A stretch of DNA of 63,604 nt, the filler included, from Collodictyon triciliatum (taxonomy: Eukaryota): assembly GCA_043381765.1 (NCBI GenBank). It is 19 parts of 19 records of this genome, joined end to end, with 100 filler letters (N's around TTAATTAATTAA, not from the genome) between each part and the next. Parts side by side here need not be neighbours in the genome. Positions count along the whole stretch, not along the records: positions 1 to 3,247 come from JBHJMP010007578.1; positions 3,348 to 6,596 come from JBHJMP010007579.1; positions 6,697 to 9,942 come from JBHJMP010007580.1; positions 10,043 to 13,288 come from JBHJMP010007581.1; 15 more parts are not named here. One strand, written 5' to 3'. Position numbers and translations under genes: made by a program. Positions 1 through 10,221 of this stretch are shown here, piece after piece. The stretch's first letter is position 1; every line of letters begins with the position of its first letter. The notes beneath the pieces are model-generated. The model had not been told where the DNA came from, did not search any database, and saw only the letters and a list, made by a program, of their open reading frames with translations.

Positions 1-105
1 ATACATACATACATACATACATACATACATACATACATACATACATACATACATACATACATACATACATACATACATACATACATACATACATACATAC
101 ATACA
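1..105. repeat. (ATAC)n microsatellite; most host contigs begin or end in similar simple repeats
   Basis: Read directly. Other examples are 6415-6596, 10043-10150, 34316-34416, 50928-51140 and 63512-63604. Confidence 0.95.
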
Positions 106-178
106 CCAAAGAAAAAATGCATATGTTTTGTTGATATACAAGGAACTGTCTTAAAAGGCGAGATATTAAATTGCATAC

Positions 179-503
179 TTCCCAAGGCCGAGCCGAGCAG
201 GATGATTACAAAGCTCTCTGGGATGGCATGCAGCTTCGAGACAAATAAGAGATACAGTAAAAAGATTGCCAATGTCAGTGTATTCAAAGTCATCACAACA
301 CCCCAACTAGCTCTCGCCTCGCAGTTGCCGCCGGCAGCGCATAGTTCGTACTCGCATGCGGTATGATTTGAAGTCCCATCAGCACGAAGGCTTGCCGAGG
401 AGGATGAGTCGATGAGATCGATCTCAAGAAAAGGCAGGAGGAACACCAAAACAACAACCACCAAAAGCAAGCGAGTCAGCCACTTTGTGACTCGGTCTTG
501 CAT
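179..503 (-). CDS. Na+/H+ exchanger (SLC9/NHE, CPA1), first exon; gene truncated by contig end
   Basis: Manual translation: MQDRVTKWLTRLLLVVVVLVFLLPFLE (signal peptide) ... LAIFLLYLLFVSKLHAIPESFVIILLGSALG, then a GTATGC donor. PES-x-x-x-I-x-LG is the N-terminal NHE TM motif. Confidence 0.75.
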
Positions 504-959
504 GAATGAGTATCTCCGCATTCGTAGTCCCTCGTTCATTTGGACGCCGTCCACAAGTTCTTCTTTGTATGTGTGTTCGTCTGTGAGCGTTTGTTTGTCT
601 GCCTGCCTCCCAAGAAGAGACCGCCCTGAAGCAAGCAAATCCTAATGAGTGTATCATCTTGGTTGCTGGGCTATTTAGAAGCACAAGGTCAGGCCAACCC
701 CCCGGCTGCGCTTTATTGAACAAGAGGCCGCAATAGTACGACTGGCCGCCTGCTGACAAGAAGCTCGCTTTGCTTCCTTTCAATATATCCCTGTTTGTTG
801 TTTTGACAATTCGCGGTCAACAGCCGCGCGCCACATCTACTGCTTGTGCCCTTCAATCAAACCTCTGTGATATGCTTTGCAGATATGGTTCTCACAGCTT
901 CCACTGCTCCACCCTCCGCGAGTTTCCCGAGACAAGAATAGTGCAATGAAAAGATTTTG

Positions 960-1109
960 TTTTTCGTGGGTGTCAGTTTATCCTTAATTCTGAAGGAGAA
1001 TACTAACCTTTCGATTGGTAAACATGGTCCGCTAGTATCCAAGGTCTCACCACTTTTTTCACAAAGATTATGTAGTGGTGAAGGCTGCCAGGAAAGACCC
1101 AACAGCCTA
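960..1109 (-). ncRNA. Candidate Fanzor omegaRNA scaffold (3' of the ORF)
   Basis: Three consecutive stems directly after the Fanzor stop: 1047-1054/1074-1081, 998-1005/1033-1040 and 981-985/993-997. The position matches the known Fanzor/TnpB guide RNA location. Boundaries are uncertain. Confidence 0.5.
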
Positions 1110-3008
1110 TTAGTTTTTTAGAGAGAGGTGTATACAAGTTTTTTGAAGGATTGAAAGAACTTTCTTGGGTATATTATTAGCGCTGTTTAAGTCCCTTGTC
1201 AAGAATACATTTTGTTTGCTTTCTGGGTGATTGCATTCTTTCTATATGAGACATCTATACCTTTTTTTTTTTTTTGATTCCCTTTCAGTGTCATATATTC
1301 CAGTTCTTTTTCGCAGTTGCAGCACATCCTAGAGGTTCTAAATTCATCTACACTTACCGTTTCAAAATGTTTGGATACTATTTTTCGTAATCCGCATCCG
1401 ATTGTTGGCATAAAATGTTTCATCAGATTTTCTGCTCCAGTCTCCACGTGCCAGTATAACACTATCGCCGATTGTCTTTTCGATTCGGTCCATAAACAAT
1501 TGTTCACTTCTTTTTGTATTAACATACTGTCTCCATCCCATCTTTCGAAAAGTTACGAGTTCATAAAATCTGGGATATTCTATCTGGTATCTTGGTTTCA
1601 TAGATACATATTTTCGGATTTTTTCATAATCGACCGTGCATGAATTATGTTTACTCAGGTCTGTCTCTAAATCGATGTAAGATACTCTTGATGTCTCAAA
1701 CTGCTGATTCTCTTCAAAGGTCATGTGACTAAAGAAACATCACTTTGTAAAAATCTGTTGCCATGCATATCCCTGAAGCTACGTTCTCTTTTCTTTTTTT
1801 TTCTCGCGCAAGAGTATTTTGTGATTAAGAGATTTACTATCATGTCTTCTTTGGTGTGCCGTGTAGCATGATTACTTACCTGTCTCGTCAACCATGTAAA
1901 CAAAATTAAACTTGCCTGTGCCCACTCCATCAACTATTTTTTTTTTCGCTAATAAAGATAACTGCTCTTCGGAAAGTTCATCTATATAAACACAATCTTG
2001 GGTTTTGATTATATTTGGATTTTGAATTTGAAATACCTTTCTTTTCTAATAATAATGACACCGCCAACCCGTCTGTTTCTATCATGTATTTAAAATTGTA
2101 GTCTCTTCGATGAAAGACCCTCTTCTTCATTTCAAAGAAGTCATCCCATAGGGTCTCTTTGCATCCTGATATATTCTTCAGTAATGTTTTTTCATAAATA
2201 CTAATAGAAATATCAGACATACGTTATCTGGAGTAATATGACATGTTGTATTGTTAGTTCTTATAGGGATTGGTTGAAAAAGTTTGGTTCCAATGTACTC
2301 AAGAATGCGATTATGTAAATCAGACATGGTATGTACTTACTTGGATTGACTTTGACATCATATTCGATACCTTTTACAATATCGCTGGGAATGATACGAT
2401 ACAAATGGATTATAGCCAATCCTGTATATTGTTCCGGTATTTCGAGTTTCTTGAAGATGGCTTTTTTTTTCAACTTTCGTAACTCTGCCTTTTTAACAGC
2501 TTCAGTAATATCCTCATCTTTAGTAACTGTTTGATATATAAAGCACAGTAACCTCTTTACAAAATGTTCCTTATGTCATTATGACAAGCTGTTAACATTT
2601 GCTTCGCCAAGTACGGTAATGCATGAGACAGTCTGACCAACGGAAAGCGTTCTTCTCGGGACAAATGGAATCGAAAATCATTGACATCAAAAGCCATCAT
2701 GTCTTAACCCATTTCTGGTATATTTTTTTTTAAACTTGCTGGTCTATCTTGTGAAACTATTCCGACAGTCTTTAAAGCGTACATAGAAAAATTTCATCGA
2801 TTGTTGGAAGTTGTTGTGATTTTAATCTCTAACATCTTGCAAACAGATAAGTGTCGGTAACCAAATTATGACACAATAGAACCGCATAGTTAATTTTGTC
2901 ATAGTCATCCGCATTCTTTACAATCGACTTTAGAGACGTTTTCACATTTCGATAGCCTGGTTTTACAGACTTTAGATTCTCAAACTCAAGACGTTTTCTT
3001 TTCTTCAT
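1110..3008 (-). pseudogene. Fanzor1 (eukaryotic TnpB-like RNA-guided endonuclease), frameshifted and with in-frame stops
   Basis: Collinear fragments: MKKRKR..YRNVKTSLKSIV; LPTIDE; MIETDGLAVSLLL; RuvC-I region IVDGVGTGKFNFVYM (degenerate GxDPG); YTAHQRR; FRKMGWRQY; GDWSR; MKHFMPTIGCGLRK; RuvC-II plus zinc finger VDEFRTSRMCCNCEKEL; RuvC-III TRDLNSANNI. No introns. Confidence 0.88.
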
Positions 3009-3196
3009 CTGAAAGTCTTTGTTTTACTTTTTCTTTAGAAAACTACCTAGTTTTCAATTTTAATAAAATTTTTAATAAAACTTTAGGCAATCAGTCAATT
3101 TGATAAAAAAAAAAAAGCTGCACAAAATCAATTAGATAAAATGAATCATCTACCGAGGCTTTCAAAGTGTGCGCATTGTGGCAAACAAACACGCCA

Positions 3197-3235
<39 letters not shown>

Positions 3236-3247
3236 TTTACAAAAAAC

Positions 3248-3347
3248 NNNNNNNNNNNNNNNNNNNNNNNNNNNNNNNNNNNNNNNNNNNNTTAATTAAT
3301 TAANNNNNNNNNNNNNNNNNNNNNNNNNNNNNNNNNNNNNNNNNNNN
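3248..3347. other. Artificial contig spacer (N44-TTAATTAATTAA-N44); 18 such spacers split the window into 19 unrelated contigs
   Basis: The same linker flanked by N runs recurs at about 3292, 6641, 9987, 13333, 16679, 19767, 23113, 26462, 29807, 34461, 37806, 41152, 44497, 47843, 51185, 54527, 57868 and 61207. It has stops in all six frames. Confidence 0.98.
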
Positions 3348-3405
3348 TTTTTTTGGTTTTTCAGAATAATAAAAATATTTTTTTCTTTTTTAAATTTTTC
3401 TGACC

Positions 3406-3440
<35 letters not shown>

Positions 3441-4400
3441 GGCCGTTTCACCTAAAAACCCTTCTGGCTTGCGCACTTCGTGTGTCCCGTCTCGTTGATG
3501 TAAGAAAGATGTCTTTGCTCTTTTCTTTGGAGGTCCACTTCCGTGAACAGGAATAAGCACATACACACCCAACGACGTTTTCCTCTTTTTACCACTAACA
3601 TTCCTTAACATTTATGTGTGTGTTTTTAAAGGACGGCAATGGCGTTATTATCAGTTGTATAAGAGGATACGATTCATCTGCAATGGTTTGCATTTTACCG
3701 CAGACTTTAGTCGAATTAAAAAAAAATACTCTCCTCTTTAACACTAATGAACATGTCCCTGAGCATTTCCATATTGACCAAAAAATACGAGTAGGCATCC
3801 ACCCTTGCACAATTATTTCTTGATCCGTTTTACCGAACTTTGAAAGGATTTCAAGTAATTGCTGGTGATACATGTTTGCCAAAGAACCAAATGACTCATC
3901 CTGAAATAAAGAAGTAATCACATCCTTTTTACAGGTATTGTTCGAAAAGGAATGGGTGTCGATGGGCTTCCCTTTTGATGCGCTGATAGGCAATCCTTTC
4001 TCGGAAACGAGGTAACTATTATTTAGTTTTATTTTTTGCATCCCATGTCTTTACCAAAAGACAAACTGACGATCTCTTTAAAAGTGTAAAGAGTCTTGAT
4101 TACAGTATGCCATTCCGACCAAGCTTTGTTTACTTTTTGTAATTCACTTACACTCTTTTGATGCTGTGCCGAATTCAAAATCACACACAGAAACCCGCCG
4201 CCCTACGTCGGTGCCTCTTTTATTCAACTGGCAGATGCAATTTTTCAGGTTCGATTAAACATTCAAATAAACACCTACTTTGGATACACTTCTACAACTT
4301 TATGTGAAATGCCATCCATTATTTATACATTTTCAATATACTGTAAACCATCCAAATGCTTTTGAACTCTTCAAACATCACGTCGAACTGTCCTCTCTAG

Positions 4401-4964
4401 ACGATGACGCAGTATCCGGTCTCTTTTGAGTACAACGAGCGATTTCTGGTTGATTTCATCGAACAGTTGTTTTCGTGTCGCTTCGGAACGTTTTTGGCGC
4501 ACAATCAACGCGAGCAAGAAACAGCACAGATCAGAAACCGGACAGCCTCGGTTTGGGACTACTTCAACGACCCCAACAGAAGACACTTTTACATCAACCC
4601 AAACTACCGCTCTTCTGATAGGGTTTTGCAAGTTCGTGTCCACAACTTTGACTCTTCGATGATGTCATGTTTAATACAAGTCAAATAAATACAAAATATG
4701 TATTTTTTTTCATATTTATTCTATATCGATGTCATAATATAATTTATTTTTCATTTTCCCCCCTTTCTGACATTTTTTCATTGCATGTAATTATTGTCGA
4801 AGCCAAGGCAGTGACATATTTCACACGGAAATGGTGGCTGATTGATGTATTTGACATACTTTTCTTCGTCTTTCCAGCCATCGCACAACCTGCGGAAAAT
4901 AAAGCTGTGGACGGGCTTCTACATGAGGACATGGTCGTCGCTGTCTGGGTGTGGAACGAGCTGA
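4401..4964 (+). CDS. Myotubularin-related phosphoinositide phosphatase, last two exons (4401-4631, 4878-4964)
   Basis: QYPVSFEYNERFLVDFIEQLFSCRFGTFL..RTASVWDYF..INPNY and PSHNLRKIKLWTGFYMR are myotubularin C-terminal motifs. GT-AG junctions are in frame. Confidence 0.88.
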
Positions 4965-5535
4965 CACACGAATCAGAACTTTGCGCACAAGGCAATCATG
5001 TTACGAAGCATGAAAAGAAAAAAGAAGAAAAGGATGCAGGGTTGTGAATGATGTGATTATATTCGCAAACGGCTTTTTCTTCGTTGGTGTCAGCTTCTCT
5101 TTCTGTACTCTTTGTATTCGGTGATATAATAGAACACATGACTGGTAATTATAAACCAAACTTAAAGCTGTTTCATGTATATGTGGCTTTGAAGGGATTC
5201 TTTATTCATTTGCACTTTTTTGAGATACATAAGTTGGAATGTTATGACATCTCAGCAAATAAAAAAGAAAAAGAAAAAGAAAAAGAAAAAGAAAAAGAAA
5301 AAGAAAAAGAAAAAGAAAAAGAAAAGAGAAGAACAAAAGAAAAGAAAACAACCAAGACGACATAAAAAAGGAAACACCACCAGATCTCCAAAAATATGAA
5401 TGAAAAATAAAAGTGATTATTTCAGAGCTTCAAGACACAGAATCCTTGAGACAAAATGGAAAGGTCTCTGCTTTCCATTCTCCGCACTTTTTTGTTTTTG
5501 TTTTTGCTTTGTTGTTGTTTGAATTCATTATTGTC

Positions 5536-6356
5536 TCAAACTGGCCCTCCATTGGCGACATACTTCAACTTCGTTTCTGGGGGATGATATCCAATACATG
5601 CATTTGAGTGTGATGCAGGGAATTACATTTTACTTAAATAGAAAAAAGAGGAAGAATATTAAAGAAAGTTTCCTACAAAAGAATACGGAGCGCAATCCAA
5701 GCCAGCTGTGGGTCTTTCTTTTCATCCGTGAGCTATTATGAGGATATCATTTACAACTCATTCACTACTTTCCTCCTTTATTCTTCGTTTACAAAAAAAA
5801 AAAAAAAAAAAAAAAGGAGCATATTTATGTGGGTATGGTGGCTACCTCTTTTCTCATTCTTTTTCTCGCTCCGCATATATATATACATAGTTATTATACT
5901 TCAATAAATGATTCAAAGATGAGAAATAGCATACTTTTCGGGCAACTTCATCTCGAATGGAGAGCTTTTCGTATAATCGGATGGCAACGTGCGAGTTCAC
6001 TCCTTTCATCGACTTGATTTCGTGTGCGATGGACTTGCTATTTTTGCGGACATCGTCTTGCAAGCTGCGGACATAGTCGGCCTGCAAATATTCCAAGGAT
6101 GAGAACAGAGCAAAAAAACGCACACAAATCCGTTTGGCGTTGAACAATAAGATATAGAAGGGAAGCAACAGAGTAAAAAGAGTTTGAAAAACAAAGTATT
6201 GAAACGAATGCAAACCACAGTCTCATTCTTCCCACCAACGCGTAGTTTTGGAGTCCAGCAACATCCATAATTGAATCGTCGTGCGATTCGCAAATAAGCT
6301 GCGTATGCAAGTCTTCCTGTTCTTGGGTCTGCATACTCGCGAAAGATTTGACGGGC
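5536..6356 (-). CDS. Hypothetical protein, 3' exons (possible degenerate EF-hand)
   Basis: Spliced reading: ARQIFREYADPRTGRLAYAAYL... | ADYVRSLQDDVRK...EVARK | LTDEKKDPQLAWIAL | ..KLKYVANGGPV*, with GT-AG sites. Confidence 0.5.
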
Positions 6357-7213
6357 CTAGCAACATAGTGAATAGAGACGAGAAAAAATATAGTCACAAA
6401 CAAATGGCAAAGAGATAAAAAAAAGAGATAAAAAAAAGAGATAAAAAAAAGAGATAAAAAAAAGAGATAAAAAAAGAGAGATAAAAAAGAGAGATAAAAA
6501 AAGAGAGATAAAAAAAAGAGAGATAAAAAAAAGAGAGATAAAAAAAAGAGAGATAAAAAAAAGAGAGATAAAAAAAAGAGAGATAAAAAAAAAAGANNNN
6601 NNNNNNNNNNNNNNNNNNNNNNNNNNNNNNNNNNNNNNNNTTAATTAATTAANNNNNNNNNNNNNNNNNNNNNNNNNNNNNNNNNNNNNNNNNNNNTTAG
6701 TAGTATTATTAGTAGTATTATTAGTAGTATTATTAGTAGTATTATTAGTAGTATTATTAGTAGTATTATTAGTAGTATTATTAGTAGTATTATTATTAGT
6801 ATTGTTATTATTGTTGTTATTATTGTTGTTATTATTGTTGTTATTATTGTTGTTATTATTGTTGTTATTATTGTTGTTATTATTATTGTTATTGTTATTG
6901 TTGTTATTATTATTATTATTATTATTATTTATTTATTTATTTTTGTGGAGTAGAAATCACAAAGACGGGCTGGTTATTGCCTCGACTGAATCAAAGTGGG
7001 TGATAATAGTGCTACCAATATGATAACATGAAGAGAAGCATCACGCGAGAAAATGTTGCGATGCCAAAATAGACAAAAACTGAGACAGAAATCACACGGC
7101 GAGAAACGTGGGCCTTGGTCGCCCGGCGGATGTGTTCGAGGGGGATTTTCCTGTTTCCATCAAATGCACGTGTGTTTGTACAAAGCAAAAAAAAAAATAA
7201 CTGTGTTTATGGC

Positions 7214-9743
7214 TTAGATGACAGTATAATAAATATCAACGCGATTATGGTTGGGCGGGAGAATAGCAAGGAACCACAAACCATGGCGAGGCCGGTTCAA
7301 TTCTTTGATATTGCGAAGCCTTTGATTCTTTATTGCGTATTCCGTCTCCGAATCAGAAGAAGAATCGTAATAGTCATCGAATCCACTTGAAAATCCAGAG
7401 TCACTTCCAGTAATATTGGACCGCACTCCTACAGAACAAATAAATGTAAAGGAAACAAAAAAATAATAATAATAGTTTTATCGGATATGAAAAAGCTTTA
7501 CCTCCTCTGGAGTTCAACCGTCTCCTAAAAAAAATTAAAGAAATATGTGGTTTACATTTTAATGTGGTATCTCCTTAAGGCAAATAAGATAGCATGAAAA
7601 GGAGAAGAAAACTAAATTGAAATACACAAAATTCTGAAATATGCCGCATCATTGGAAGCTTGTATATGAATCGCCTCTTACTTTGAAGCTTCTCCATATT
7701 GCACTTCTAACCTATCGATGGCATCATCCATGTTCTTTTGGTACGATTGTATCATTTGAAGGGTTCTTGAATCTGCATCTCCAGGGATTGAGCAAGAGAG
7801 GCGTGTAAACGTTGAAAAAGCCTCACGGATAAAGTTCGGGGAATGGTCACGGACATCCAAAGTAAAAAACTGCAAATAAATAAGCGATACAGTAGCTATG
7901 GAATAAATCTTTGTTTATATTTCAAATTGCTTTAATATCGCTCGAATAAAAAGGAGCGATCCATGAATTATATTATATAGTGTCTCCGAACTTATCCGAA
8001 AATCATGGTGTGCTGCAAATTACCTTCCAGTAAACGGTGGTTGTCGACGTTGTGTTGTGAGTAGGCGGGAGCCCTACTCTGATTTCTAAAACTTTGTGCC
8101 AGCCTGGTTACATGCATGTGTGTTAATTATTATGGGCACCTTAACTTTAAATAAGAAAGGCAATCAAAAAACTTCAAACCATTTGGTTACAAGTCATAGA
8201 ATATTAAAAATTAGAGGAGCTTTGCCAGCAGAGTATGATTTCAGAATATTACAATCTTCGTAGCTCTGTATGAAGTCCAGGACAAGGTCTCCAAATGTCT
8301 GATGTGGGTGTTTTGTAGCTTAATAATGACGCGATGATTTGGGAGAGAGAACAATGTGGGAAAAAGATAACAAAAGACATAGTATTGATTAAGATAATTA
8401 AAACAATGAACGAAAAGACATGACAAGAAAATATTCCAACGATAAGGCTTACATCGTAGCGTAGAGGTTTATATGACAGAGTTGTCTTTCGACTAAGGCC
8501 GATAGAGCCGTATTTTCCATTATTTCTAACAACTAGTACAATATGTCTGTGGCAAAACATCGAGAATTAATCTCAACTTTTTGCTCTTATTAATCTTTAC
8601 GATGGCAGTTATCTTCGTAACACCCATTGGAATCATTTAAAAAGTAACAAACTTGTAGAAGTGTTTACCTGTAAATACTACTGTCAACTTTTGATTTAAA
8701 ACTCAGGGGATATCTCTCGATGTCCTTAAACTCTGATGTCAAGTACCTTGAGGCCGTAAGAACAAAAAGGCATTGAATTTAGCATCATATATTCTTGCAT
8801 AATATAACCCATATGAATTGTTCCTACATCCCAAGAAATACAGCCTCTAGGCACTTTATGGGTAAGCAATCCCGGATCATTTCCTTTGCCGTTTCCATAA
8901 GCTTTTTTTTTTTTGGTTAATGTTAAAGTCGATACATGGATGCTGATTTACTAGTTTATATTCATTTACAAAATTCATATTACTTTCTTTTCTTTCATGT
9001 ACCAGATTATGAATATACATCTGAAATGCTAAATCAAAGAAAAAAAGGTGATATGTGCTCACCCGTTGATAAGGTCTATCCTTCTTTAGATTAAAGTATG
9101 AGATTCCGGTGAAATTGTATCTGTTTTGGAGTTATTTTGTGAGCACTTGGATTGGTACGATATACCGATACAAAAGATCGAAACATACTGAAAGCTTTCA
9201 ATATACGATTGCAACAAGTGGATTTTTGTCGCTGTTGACATATCACGCGTGTATACAGGAGGCTTTGAAATTGGGAACTATGTGTGGAATGGTTAGTGAT
9301 TAATTAAAGGTAGAATTATTGACCTCGTTATCTTGTTTGTTTGTTTTTTTCAAAAAAACCTAATACATCTGGTAGTTGTGGGCAGAGTTTGATTTTATGA
9401 AGAACCGACTGGATTTGAAGGTCATCTACTGTGTACGGATTATATCTAAGAAAAAAACCATCTTTAAATTTGTTGTTTCATAGTATGGTTTAATTCATCA
9501 ATATTTTGAAACTATTATATATTTAAAAGTCGCCCAATGGCCAGCTGTAATGAAAAAGGAAGAAAAGGGAGAGAGGAGAGTAGAAGGTAAGAGAAAAGCA
9601 TATTATGCTCGCCTGTTTTTCTGAACCAACTCTGACCATTCAGCATCGATCCGGCCCCAGGTGACCTCCTGAGGGTTAACATCCAGCTTTCCTCGTGTTG
9701 AAGGGCGGCTTTGCCGTTCTGCTCCCGTCATCTTGTGCGCCAT
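7214..9743 (-). CDS. VASH: Vasohibin (tubulin carboxypeptidase), multi-exon
   Basis: Exons encode YNFTGISYFNLKK, MIRDCLPIKCLEAVFLG (catalytic Cys), PLSFKS, RHIVLVV..YGSIGLSR (catalytic His) and HKVLEIRVGLP. Confidence 0.9.
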
Positions 9744-10221
9744 GTGGCTCTAGGGTCGTATTCTTCTTCGTTATTGACGAAAACTAGTTTTAGCGGACTG
9801 AAGGCTTCTGGAAACCTCAATAACTGACAGGGAGAATTATTTGGTTTTATGGGGTTTTTTTATGGGGTTTTTTTATGGGGTTTTTTTATGGGGTTTTTTT
9901 ATGGGGTTTTTTTATGGGGTTTTTTTATGGGGTTTTTTTATGNNNNNNNNNNNNNNNNNNNNNNNNNNNNNNNNNNNNNNNNNNNNTTAATTAATTAANN
10001 NNNNNNNNNNNNNNNNNNNNNNNNNNNNNNNNNNNNNNNNNNTATGTATGTATGTATGTATGTATGTATGTATGTATGTATGTATGTATGTATGTATGTA
10101 TGTATGTATGTATGTATGTATGTATGTATGTATGTATGTATGTATGTATGTGTGTGTGTGTGGCGGTATTTAAATTTGATTCGACTTATAAGGGAGATTC
10201 TAATTTTCTCATAAAATACAG

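Noticed and set aside
930-3200. Terminal inverted repeats or a TSD for the Fanzor element
   Set aside because: Only a 5-bp TGCAC match was found, which is not significant. The ends cannot be defined from one copy.
3292-3303. Regularly spaced TTAATTAATTAA palindromes resembling a repeat array
   Set aside because: Always embedded in N runs; an artificial contig linker.
6415-6930. Tandem repeats and low-complexity ORFs (poly-L, poly-K, poly-F, MYVC repeats and similar) at contig ends
   Set aside because: Microsatellites that broke the assembly. They have no unique spacers, so they are not CRISPR arrays and not real proteins.
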